64,000 nt of DNA, taken from assembly GCA_949287245.1 (NCBI GenBank), contig CASEFL010000003.1:67404-131403 (forward strand). The letters run 5' to 3'. Positions 49,657 to 58,280 of this stretch are shown here, piece by piece. This DNA comes from an uncultured Bacillota bacterium. GTDB lineage: Bacteria > Bacillota_I > Bacilli_A > RFN20 > CAG-826. A model generated the notes under the pieces. It searched no databases, was not told where the DNA came from, and worked only from the letters and a program-made list of their open reading frames with translations. Positions within the stretch are counted from its first letter, which is position 1, and each line of letters opens with the position of its first letter. Both the position numbers and the translations under genes were made by a program.

Positions 49657-51653
49657 TAGTCTTGTGCTCCTTTCATGGAAGGATTGAAGGCATCACGCAA
49701 ACCATTCCCAAATAAGTTAAAACAAATCATGATAATCGCCATGATTAAAGAAGCAGAAACAATCATATAAGGGTAAGTGGTAATATACCCTTGAGCCGTA
49801 CTAAGAGTTACCCCAAAACTTTGAGCACCTGGGAAGTTAATAATTCCTGGTAATAAGTAAGAAATTGTCGCTTCACTAAAGATAACCGAAGGTATCATTA
49901 AGACGCCAGAAGTTACCATCATACCAACACCATTAGGAAGAATATGACGGAAAATTAAACGAGCATCACTTGCGCCTAATGTTCTAGAGGCTAAAACGTA
50001 TTCTCGACCTTTAAAACGATAGAATTGGCTTCTTGTTGTAGCAGCCATACCAATCCAGCCAGTTAAACATAGGGCGAATAAAAACGTCCAGAAAGTCGAA
50101 CCAAGAAGCAAGACAATAAGGGTCATTAAAACAACAAATGGCATGCCTCCTAAGATTTCGGTCATTCTTTCCATTAACAAGTCAACCCATCCTCCAAAGT
50201 AGCCAGAAATCGATCCCCAAACAATACCAATCGTAATATTGATAATCGCCGCTAAGAAACCTAAAGCTAAAGAGAATAAAAGGCCAGAGAAGACAACTTT
50301 AAAGAAGTCTTTTCCGTATTCTGTAGTGCCAAAAAGGTAACAAATACCATCACTATTTTGGCTAATATATCCTTCATCGTAATAAAAACGATAACGGCTT
50401 CTTACTCCGGATAAAGACCATCCAGAAATATCGCCAAAGGACTCATAAACTTCCCCGTTAACAGCACGTATTGGGCAATATTCTTCCCCTAATTCTGTTA
50501 AGGCAAAAGTACCTTTTCCTCCTGGTTCTCGTGCCCATTCATAGGTCATAAAACCACGACGAATGTACTCATTAATTTTTTCTTCCGTGAAGGTATAAGT
50601 ATCCTCGCGGAAAGCAGCTGCATAATAATCATAACGGAAGCTGCCAATAATAAGAGTCGTATCCTCTAAATCTTGTTGACAGCCACCACGTCTCGTCCAC
50701 ATGGTGCCTTCTCTACCATTTAAATAAGCCGTACTATCACTCCAAGAAACCGCAACATTTTTCACATCACCTTGCGTGAAAGTAACATTTTTAACATAGG
50801 CAGTAGCGTTTCCTCCTTCTGGAGCTTGAACGCGGAAAAGGAAGTTCCCAACGATAAATCCTTGTTCACTAGAAAATCCTGCTTCTTCTAATAAAGCATT
50901 AAGCGCAATAGAATTTTCTTCTTTAACTTCATTGTTTAAAGAAGATAAAGCCACTTCTTCACCTGTAGAAGCCACAAAATAAGAACCAAAACTTGGGCTT
51001 CCGCCTTTGCTTGGGTCCATCATATATTCTTCTTGTAAGGTGTAAGCAAAAGTATTCTCAAGATTTAAATCAATTTGCACCATTGGCGAAACATATTCAG
51101 CCGTGCCACCAACTTGGGTAGTACGAATGGCAACATATCCTCCTCTTCCATAAGTAAGATTTGAATCCGATGCACCATCCGAAAGAGTTTCTGTCGTCGT
51201 AATTTCTCCCATTACCCCTTCTTTTACATAAGCATTCACACTATTCGTGTTATCAACGGGTAAAGCAGGATACCCCGTATCAGGATCAATTAAAACATTT
51301 GAAAGATGTTCTGTTCCATCAAGGAAACCACCCATATCAGCGTCCCACCATTTCGGGGGTAAGAAACGAATCGTTGTATTGTTTCGTTCAATGTCATTAC
51401 TATCTGCCACCGGAACAATAACAGCCATTAAAATTAAAATGCCTAAAATTACTGCAGCAGTAACCGAACTCTTAGATTTTACAAAGCGTTTTAAGGCATC
51501 TTTAAAATAAGTTGTCGGCTTTGTTTTAAATTTCACATCGTGAATCGATTTATCTAACTGAACGAAAGAAAAATCTTGGCTATCATCAAAAGAAATCATT
51601 TCCTCTGGAGCGGGTAGTTCGTTTTCAACTTTTTTCTTCTTAAAAAGTCCCAT
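49656..51653 (-). CDS. oppC: Oligopeptide ABC permease OppC with large extracellular insertion
   Basis: OppC N-terminal region; LFGT...GKD; EAA-loop EYVLASRTLGAS; GNGLRDAFNP. Confidence 0.92.
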   Translation of the reverse strand: MGLFKKKKVENELPAPEEMISFDDSQDFSFVQLDKSIHDVKFKTKPTTYFKDALKRFVKSKSSVTAAVILGILILMAVIVPVADSNDIERNNTTIRFLPPKWWDADMGGFLDGTEHLSNVLIDPDTGYPALPVDNTNSVNAYVKEGVMGEITTTETLSDGASDSNLTYGRGGYVAIRTTQVGGTAEYVSPMVQIDLNLENTFAYTLQEEYMMDPSKGGSPSFGSYFVASTGEEVALSSLNNEVKEENSIALNALLEEAGFSSEQGFIVGNFLFRVQAPEGGNATAYVKNVTFTQGDVKNVAVSWSDSTAYLNGREGTMWTRRGGCQQDLEDTTLIIGSFRYDYYAAAFREDTYTFTEEKINEYIRRGFMTYEWAREPGGKGTFALTELGEEYCPIRAVNGEVYESFGDISGWSLSGVRSRYRFYYDEGYISQNSDGICYLFGTTEYGKDFFKVVFSGLLFSLALGFLAAIINITIGIVWGSISGYFGGWVDLLMERMTEILGGMPFVVLMTLIVLLLGSTFWTFLFALCLTGWIGMAATTRSQFYRFKGREYVLASRTLGASDARLIFRHILPNGVGMMVTSGVLMIPSVIFSEATISYLLPGIINFPGAQSFGVTLSTAQGYITTYPYMIVSASLIMAIIMICFNLFGNGLRDAFNPSMKGAQD

Positions 51654-51654
51654 A

Positions 51655-52713
51655 TTACTTTGCCTCCCCCATACGAATTCGTGGATCAACCACGCCATAA
51701 CTTAAGTCCACAACTAATGTGGCTGCTAAACCAATCAACGTATAAAGCGCCATATCTACCATAACAACAGAGAAATCTCGACGAGAAATACCTTCAACAA
51801 AGATGTTTCCTGTACCAGGAATACCATATAACTCTTCAAGAATCATAGAACCGCTAAGAATGGAAATAAACTGACTAATAATCATTGGAACAATCGGAAC
51901 CATAGAGTTTCTTAAAGCATGACGCATAACCGATTGGCTTTTGGTTAAGCCCTTAGTTCTAGCAAGAAGTAAGAATTCACTAGACATAACTTCGCAAAGT
52001 TCTGCTCTTGTATAACGAGCAAAGCCAGCAATCGAGCCAAAAGATAAAGCACAAACAGGAATAATATAAGCCAAAGTAGCCATTTGTGGGTCTAAGGCGA
52101 TTTGCGTATTCGATGGCCACTGGGTAGGTAACCAGTTTAAACCATAAGAGAACCAAATCAGTAAAAAGGAAATAATAACAAAGGAAGGAACGGAAATAAA
52201 AATCATGATGACTGTGGAAATAAAGTCATCAACCCACTTCCCTTTCTTTAGGGCGGCTACAACACCAAGTAAAATTCCAAGAGGAGTAGAAATAACAACA
52301 GAAATTAAATTCAATTCAATGGTTACAGGGAGCCGTTCCATAATCATGCTCATGGCATTGGCCATTGGCTCAATTTGAGTGCTCACACCCCAGTCCCAAG
52401 CCGTGAAAATGTTTTTTAACCATGAACCATAACGTTCAATAATGGGGTAAGCTACATAAACATAGCGGTTCCCTAAATCGTCATAAAAATCAACAGAAGC
52501 AATAATCTCTCCCGTCTCGAGTTTACTATATTCAGAAGGATCTACCCACCAATAATAACCAAGACGTACTTGTTCATCCCAGAAAGAAATTTTTTGAGCA
52601 AGAATCGTTGGTTCATTCACAGGCAAACACTGTAAAAGCATATAGGTAATCGAGAGAATGATGAAAGCAGTAATACAAATTAACACCACTCTCTTTAGAA
52701 CATATTTCCACAT
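51655..52713 (-). CDS. oppB: Oligopeptide ABC permease OppB
   Basis: MWKYVLKR, DWGVS, EFLLLARTKGL, HALRNS, YGVVDPRIR. Confidence 0.95.
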   Translation of the reverse strand: MWKYVLKRVVLICITAFIILSITYMLLQCLPVNEPTILAQKISFWDEQVRLGYYWWVDPSEYSKLETGEIIASVDFYDDLGNRYVYVAYPIIERYGSWLKNIFTAWDWGVSTQIEPMANAMSMIMERLPVTIELNLISVVISTPLGILLGVVAALKKGKWVDDFISTVIMIFISVPSFVIISFLLIWFSYGLNWLPTQWPSNTQIALDPQMATLAYIIPVCALSFGSIAGFARYTRAELCEVMSSEFLLLARTKGLTKSQSVMRHALRNSMVPIVPMIISQFISILSGSMILEELYGIPGTGNIFVEGISRRDFSVVMVDMALYTLIGLAATLVVDLSYGVVDPRIRMGEAK

Positions 52714-52740
52714 GTTATGTTTTTCTCCTCCTTTTCAGCC

Positions 52741-52799
52741 TGACTCTTATTTTCGCATGGTCTTAAAAAGATAAAAAGACCACAAGAAATTAAGAGTCA
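52741..52799 (-). other. Long imperfect stem-loop just upstream of the oppB RBS
   Basis: TGACTCTTA/TAAGAGTCA outer stem, TTTC/GAAA, and TGGTCTT/AAGACCA inner stem. Confidence 0.7.
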
Positions 52800-52809
52800 A
52801 AAGGGAATA

Positions 52810-52831
52810 AGGGGCGGGAAACCCCGCCCCT
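52810..52831 (-). terminator. GC-rich hairpin after oppA (leaky terminator or 3' stabiliser)
   Basis: AGGGGCGGG-GTTT-CCCGCCCCT followed by an imperfect U-tract TATTCCCTTTT. Confidence 0.75.
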
Positions 52832-52854
52832 ATAAACTTACAATAAACAAGAAA

Positions 52855-55548
52855 TTAAGCGACGACAGGATCCATTCCAAAATCGGCTAACTTCATATTT
52901 TGTGTGACAACAAGTGCACGTTCTACTTCAGCATATTCACAGCTAAACGACACCATAATGCCAAAGCCATCAAAACGGGATTGAGCATCATCGAGTAAAG
53001 CTGTTAATAGTTGAGTAACTATCGCACTTTGCATTCGGAATTCAATCGTTTCATTTAAAACGGTTGCTTCAATATATGACCCCGGAGTATCGCCGTTTAA
53101 ACTGGCTTCAAGAATGTACATATTCGTACTCATGCCACTTCCATTTGTACCATAGAAATAGAAGTAATTAATACGGCGATAATCAATAAGGTCATAGCCT
53201 TCATCATCGGTAAGTCCTGGGATATTCATATGGAAGATAAGGTCCCCATCATCTTGCCCATCCGCGCCACCTGCTGTAACTGGATCAATATTGACCCCGT
53301 TTTGAAGGATAGCAGCACCATTAGCGGCAACATATAATCCGTCATAGCTCCAAAGCTTTCCATCAAATTCGATTGGGTGATTTTCAGAAACGATATCCGT
53401 TCTTTCGCCCCAGTTGGTGTTAAAGCCTTGTGCACGAGCATTTGTGCAGATAACAGACATGAATTCAACAGGATTAAGCACGTTACCAGAGATTGCACCT
53501 TCTGCAAAGTCGAATTCACCTTTTTGCATCTTTGTGTAGGTTGCGTTATAGTCCCCAACCGCACCAACTTCATTTTTAATGCTCAAAGAAATGTTATATT
53601 CTTTCGCAGTTGGAGTGTTATTAAAGACGTTTTCAATATAGCCTTTTAACTCATCACCAATGGAGTTAATCGTGGTTTGATAACGCCAAATGGCCGTTAA
53701 TTGAATAAAGCTATCGCGCTCATAAGCACCTTCATTAATTAAGGTTTTTAAGGCACGGTCGAAATATTGACTGGCTAAAGAAGCACTATAACCATCTTTA
53801 TTTTCTGTACCACTGACATAGCTATCAATAACCGCTTTTCCAGCCTCAGTATCTCGGTAAGAAAGGTCGTTTTCTGGGTCGATCATATAAGCATCAGAGA
53901 GAATACCTGTAGCAGGATTTCTTCCCATGATGTTAGCCATTTCCGAACGGTTAATAGCAAGATAGACACCATTTAAGAAGTCTTCGTTGCTCATAATGGG
54001 CTTAACGGGCCAATATTCCGTTGAAATATGTTGAGACATTGTGCCGTTAGTCCCGTGATAGTATTCCCATTCTTCTGCTGTACAAGAGTTGACATTAAGC
54101 TTAATGGTTGTTGTTGCTTCCGTGCGGCAAGCATATTGAGAATAAATACCACCGCCTTGTACCTCACTAATGTGAGTGGAAGGAGGAGTCATGTCATCAA
54201 GTTTCCCTGCTACCCAGTCTTGATAGGCAGATTCATCATTTTCATAAACTTTTTCGTGATAGCCTTTGAACTTAATATCTTCCGTCCGGTAATAAAGTTC
54301 ATTTTTCTTATAAATGGTTTCTGTGCCTGGTTGCCAAGTATCAACAACATAGGCTCCAGCGGATAACAAGTAATCCACACCACCAGCCGAAGTACCAAAA
54401 GCGGTCGCACCTTTACTTACATAACTTTGAATGGTGTTATAAGTGGCTAAATCGGTTTCGTTAGTGGGACGGTCAGCAAAATAACGATAACCACCAGCAG
54501 GGCCGCCACCAATGTCATAAAGATATTCTTCAGGAATTGGCGAGTATAAAGTACTGGAAAGATTATACATCGCATAGAACTGAGTTTGTGGAGTGATGAA
54601 GCGGAAGTCGATTGCGCCTTCTTCTTCATTTAATTGAATACCCACATTATCCCAACTACGAGTATTCGCATTCCCGTATAAATAGTCATAAGCCCCATAA
54701 AAGCCAGAACTATCTTGAGTCATCTCACTTGCCCGCATGAGGTTATTGTTTAGTAAGGCTTTATAAGGAGTGATATAGTCTTCTAATTGAATTCCTCGAT
54801 TGTGGTATTTGCTGTAATACTTCGTGGAATTTTCCGAAATGTTATAACGGAACTTTCTTCCTGTTTCCGTCTCATCATCAACGGTATGAAGATGCACCCG
54901 CCAATAAAGGCTTGTCATGCCTTCGGTGTACGTAAGTTCTTTTCCGTTTTCATCAAGAGGAATAGGACGAAGATCTTTAGAAAGTTCATTTCTCCAATAA
55001 TAATCATCCTTATTTTCGGTCATGGTTACACCAAAATAACCAGCAGTAATCATGCCGTTTTTTCCAGTAACGTCTTCCCCTTGGTTGTTCCAGAAGTTAA
55101 ACGTACGGGAGTCTTGGGTCGCATAAGAATGATAATATTCAGGATAGACAACACCATTTTGACTCATCGGCTTGCCGTTTGGCATTAATGCCGTTTCGTT
55201 TAATGTAGCCTCTCCCACTCCAAAACCGTAGTTAGGGATGTATTGTCTTGTTGGTAATTCCACACGCGAACTAAATAATTGATAACCTGCATCATCATAA
55301 ATGGGAATTCCACCAAGTTTCGTGTCTAAAGCGTATTTTTCCATCGCCGCTAAAGCTTCACTACGAGTCTCAACATCGGCGCTAAGATAATCTTGAACAC
55401 CAGAAGCATAGGGCAAATCTGGTTTAACAGAAGAACTTCCGCCTGTAGAACCACCACTAGTTGAGCCACCAGGTGCTCCTGTATCATCACAAGAAGCAAG
55501 GCCTAGCGTCGCTGCTAATAAAGCAACAAGGAATATGCTTTTTTTCAT
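52855..55548 (-). CDS. oppA: Large oligopeptide-binding lipoprotein OppA (897 aa)
   Basis: LAS-C lipobox, Gly/Ser linker, SAGAYVV..W..KKNELYY, F..GVYLAINR (family-5 SBP-like); first gene of the opp operon. Confidence 0.85.
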   Translation of the reverse strand: MKKSIFLVALLAATLGLASCDDTGAPGGSTSGGSTGGSSSVKPDLPYASGVQDYLSADVETRSEALAAMEKYALDTKLGGIPIYDDAGYQLFSSRVELPTRQYIPNYGFGVGEATLNETALMPNGKPMSQNGVVYPEYYHSYATQDSRTFNFWNNQGEDVTGKNGMITAGYFGVTMTENKDDYYWRNELSKDLRPIPLDENGKELTYTEGMTSLYWRVHLHTVDDETETGRKFRYNISENSTKYYSKYHNRGIQLEDYITPYKALLNNNLMRASEMTQDSSGFYGAYDYLYGNANTRSWDNVGIQLNEEEGAIDFRFITPQTQFYAMYNLSSTLYSPIPEEYLYDIGGGPAGGYRYFADRPTNETDLATYNTIQSYVSKGATAFGTSAGGVDYLLSAGAYVVDTWQPGTETIYKKNELYYRTEDIKFKGYHEKVYENDESAYQDWVAGKLDDMTPPSTHISEVQGGGIYSQYACRTEATTTIKLNVNSCTAEEWEYYHGTNGTMSQHISTEYWPVKPIMSNEDFLNGVYLAINRSEMANIMGRNPATGILSDAYMIDPENDLSYRDTEAGKAVIDSYVSGTENKDGYSASLASQYFDRALKTLINEGAYERDSFIQLTAIWRYQTTINSIGDELKGYIENVFNNTPTAKEYNISLSIKNEVGAVGDYNATYTKMQKGEFDFAEGAISGNVLNPVEFMSVICTNARAQGFNTNWGERTDIVSENHPIEFDGKLWSYDGLYVAANGAAILQNGVNIDPVTAGGADGQDDGDLIFHMNIPGLTDDEGYDLIDYRRINYFYFYGTNGSGMSTNMYILEASLNGDTPGSYIEATVLNETIEFRMQSAIVTQLLTALLDDAQSRFDGFGIMVSFSCEYAEVERALVVTQNMKLADFGMDPVVA

Positions 55549-55699
55549 GGCTTTTCTCCTTTCATTATTAAAGTCGGGATAAACCCGCGCCGTAAATATG
55601 CCTTTATGCGGCAATATGTCAATAAATAGTTTTATAAGAAAAGCATTCTTGGGCGTTTTTTCTTCATTTTTCTTCTTTTTTTAAAAGGAAAAAGAAAAT

Positions 55700-56107
55700 T
55701 TATTCCACAAGAGCCAAAATCAAACCAATTAAAAGCGAAACTCCTCCTAAAACAAAATAAGGAAGGAAATAAGGTTTATTTAATTTTCTTTTTTCTTGTT
55801 TCTCTTTCTTGTAGTCATAAGCGGTTTCATACCTTTTGATGTTCCCTGGACGAAAACTTTCTCCTAAACGATAAAAACCATAAGCAAAAACATCAAAAAT
55901 TCCTTCTCTTCCAATTAATAAGAGGATAGGAAATAAAATTAAAATGGCAGAAGGAATAAAAAAAGAATCCGAAAGTAAAGAAAGAGAACTATACCATGTA
56001 TGCCCCTTAGGAATCCCCATCCCTAAATAACAGATGAAAAACAAGATTACCCATAAAGAGAAGGCAATAATCCAATTACGAATGATTTGTTTTTTTCTTT
56101 CTTCCAT
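55700..56107 (-). CDS. DUF3899-like membrane protein
   Basis: Three TMs, SDSFF, GIFDVFAYGF, YDY; adjacent to oppA. Confidence 0.7.
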   Translation of the reverse strand: MEERKKQIIRNWIIAFSLWVILFFICYLGMGIPKGHTWYSSLSLLSDSFFIPSAILILFPILLLIGREGIFDVFAYGFYRLGESFRPGNIKRYETAYDYKKEKQEKRKLNKPYFLPYFVLGGVSLLIGLILALVE

Positions 56108-56226
56108 GGCGCGGATTATCGCATTATTTCCCCCTTGTTCCACTATTTTTTACACATTTCCCTTGAAGTTAAGCGTCTTCGTTGTATCCTCACCCCGTCT
56201 CTTGACAGAAAGGAGTCTTTTTTGAA

Positions 56227-58272
56227 ATGAAGAAATCTCATCTCTTATTACTCTCGGGAGTAGCGATTCTTGCTTTAGTGGCTTGTGAAAATCCAACCAC
56301 TTCTAGTTCAGGCGAATCAAATAGTAATACATCAACTTCGCATCCTTCCCGATACTTAGAAACCTCCTTAGAAAAGGAAACCATCCCCGCCGGTACTTCA
56401 TTTTTCGATGCAGCAAAACCTACGGTTTTATGGCACGATGGAGATACCGTTACCGACTATAGTTCTTATGCACACTACGTGACGTATGTGTTAACAAACT
56501 TAGATACAAATGAAACTTTTGGTGCTGGCGATGCTCTTTCTGCAGGAAATTATGAAGCAGAAATCATCTTAGAAAGCCAAGGAAGACGGAATGTTTTAAC
56601 CTTCACTGTTTCGGAAAGCACACCTGAAACAGCAAGCGAAGGAAATGGTTATAAAACTTACTATCACGACGATTTTGCTGGTTTAGAAGTGAGCGCTCAC
56701 AATGCTCTTGGTACTTTAGGACCAGGAAAATTCCCTGCCTATGGCACCCCAAAAATGCTTGTTATTCCTGTCATCTTTGAAGATATGGTAGGGCATTATG
56801 ATTTCACTACGGAAGAACTTAATACAATTGAAGCAGCCTTCTTTGGTGAAGCAAGCGAAACTGGCTGGCAATCTTTAAAAAGTTATTACCTTCAAAGTTC
56901 CTATGGTCTTTTAGATATCCAAGGACATGTTGCCGATCCTTATGTTTCCACTTTAACAGTTGATGAAGCGGATGCTCAATCCATTGGCGCAAGCCACGCA
57001 ATTGTCCAAGCGGCGGCAAAAGATTACTTTGCGAAACATAAAGATGAATCACCTTTAGATTATGACTATAACGGCGATGGTTTTATTGATGGAATTAATA
57101 TCATTTATAAAACAACCGCAGCGGATACTTCGCAAAATCCTAACGCTTCTGATATTTGGTGGAACTACACCACCGTAATTGATCCAAATGGAACTACTGC
57201 CAATAAGACAAATCCTGTCGCAAATCGTTATTTCTGGAGCGAATACGACAAGATTAAATCCTCTTATTACAATCCAGATATTGACGCTCATACTATCATT
57301 CATGAAAACGGTCACTTAATGGGATTAAATGACTATTATTCCTATGAAAGAGATGCGAATGGTCAAGCACAAGACGGTGTTGCTGGCTGTGCCGATATGA
57401 TGGATATGAACGTTGGGGATCATAATGGCTACTCCAAGATGCTTTATAACTGGCTTGCTAAGGATGATGAATCCAATGGCGTCCATTTAAAAGTTGTTGA
57501 TGGAAGTAGCGATAACTTCACAATCACCTTAAATAGTTTCACTGATACAGGAGATTTACTTTTAGTAAGAAACACCACAACTGATGTGTGGAACGAAACT
57601 CCTTATGATGAATATTTAATTCTTCAATACTACACTCCAACAGGAGTAAACGAACAAGATTCTCATGGTTATCCAGAATGGTCTTCTAGTGGACAAATGG
57701 GCCATGGTGGTTCTTATGCTCACCCCGGACTTCAAGTATTCCATGTAGATAATCGCTTAGCTGCTCAAGTGGGAACTTATCACGTAAGTGAAGGGAAAAA
57801 TGTCATCGATGAAGTTCATTATGAATATGTCGATGAAATCCTTGATAGCGCACAATATAACGCGGATGGTACCTTCCAAGGAGTGAGTATGGCTATTCAT
57901 TCCAATACAGGAGGAAATGTCGGACAAAGTGGACGTTATGTGAATGAAAATGGCGAACTTGCTACCGATAGTCCTTATCGTGAATTATGTGCCATTCTTC
58001 CTGGTGGCGTAGCTTCCTTTAATTCTCCAACTTACTATAGTTCCTTTGGCGTTACTGCCAACCAATTTGGTTCTGATGAATACGCTGATGAAAAAGGATA
58101 CACAGATCGTGATCGTTATGGTGGAGATACGTATAGTAACTATAAGATGAGAGCCTTCTACACCAATGGCTTAACATGGAATGATGGTTCTACTTTTAAC
58201 TGGAACTTCTCCGTAACCGATCAAACCGACGATTCAATTACTTTGCACTTTGTTGATTTATCGAAAATTTGA
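56227..58272 (+). CDS. M6-like zinc metalloprotease lipoprotein
   Basis: LVA-C lipobox; SLKSYYLQSSYG, DYNGDGFID, HENGHLMGLNDYY, DMMD, HNGYSK. Confidence 0.85.
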   Translation: MKKSHLLLLSGVAILALVACENPTTSSSGESNSNTSTSHPSRYLETSLEKETIPAGTSFFDAAKPTVLWHDGDTVTDYSSYAHYVTYVLTNLDTNETFGAGDALSAGNYEAEIILESQGRRNVLTFTVSESTPETASEGNGYKTYYHDDFAGLEVSAHNALGTLGPGKFPAYGTPKMLVIPVIFEDMVGHYDFTTEELNTIEAAFFGEASETGWQSLKSYYLQSSYGLLDIQGHVADPYVSTLTVDEADAQSIGASHAIVQAAAKDYFAKHKDESPLDYDYNGDGFIDGINIIYKTTAADTSQNPNASDIWWNYTTVIDPNGTTANKTNPVANRYFWSEYDKIKSSYYNPDIDAHTIIHENGHLMGLNDYYSYERDANGQAQDGVAGCADMMDMNVGDHNGYSKMLYNWLAKDDESNGVHLKVVDGSSDNFTITLNSFTDTGDLLLVRNTTTDVWNETPYDEYLILQYYTPTGVNEQDSHGYPEWSSSGQMGHGGSYAHPGLQVFHVDNRLAAQVGTYHVSEGKNVIDEVHYEYVDEILDSAQYNADGTFQGVSMAIHSNTGGNVGQSGRYVNENGELATDSPYRELCAILPGGVASFNSPTYYSSFGVTANQFGSDEYADEKGYTDRDRYGGDTYSNYKMRAFYTNGLTWNDGSTFNWNFSVTDQTDDSITLHFVDLSKI

Positions 58273-58280
58273 GGAGTTCT

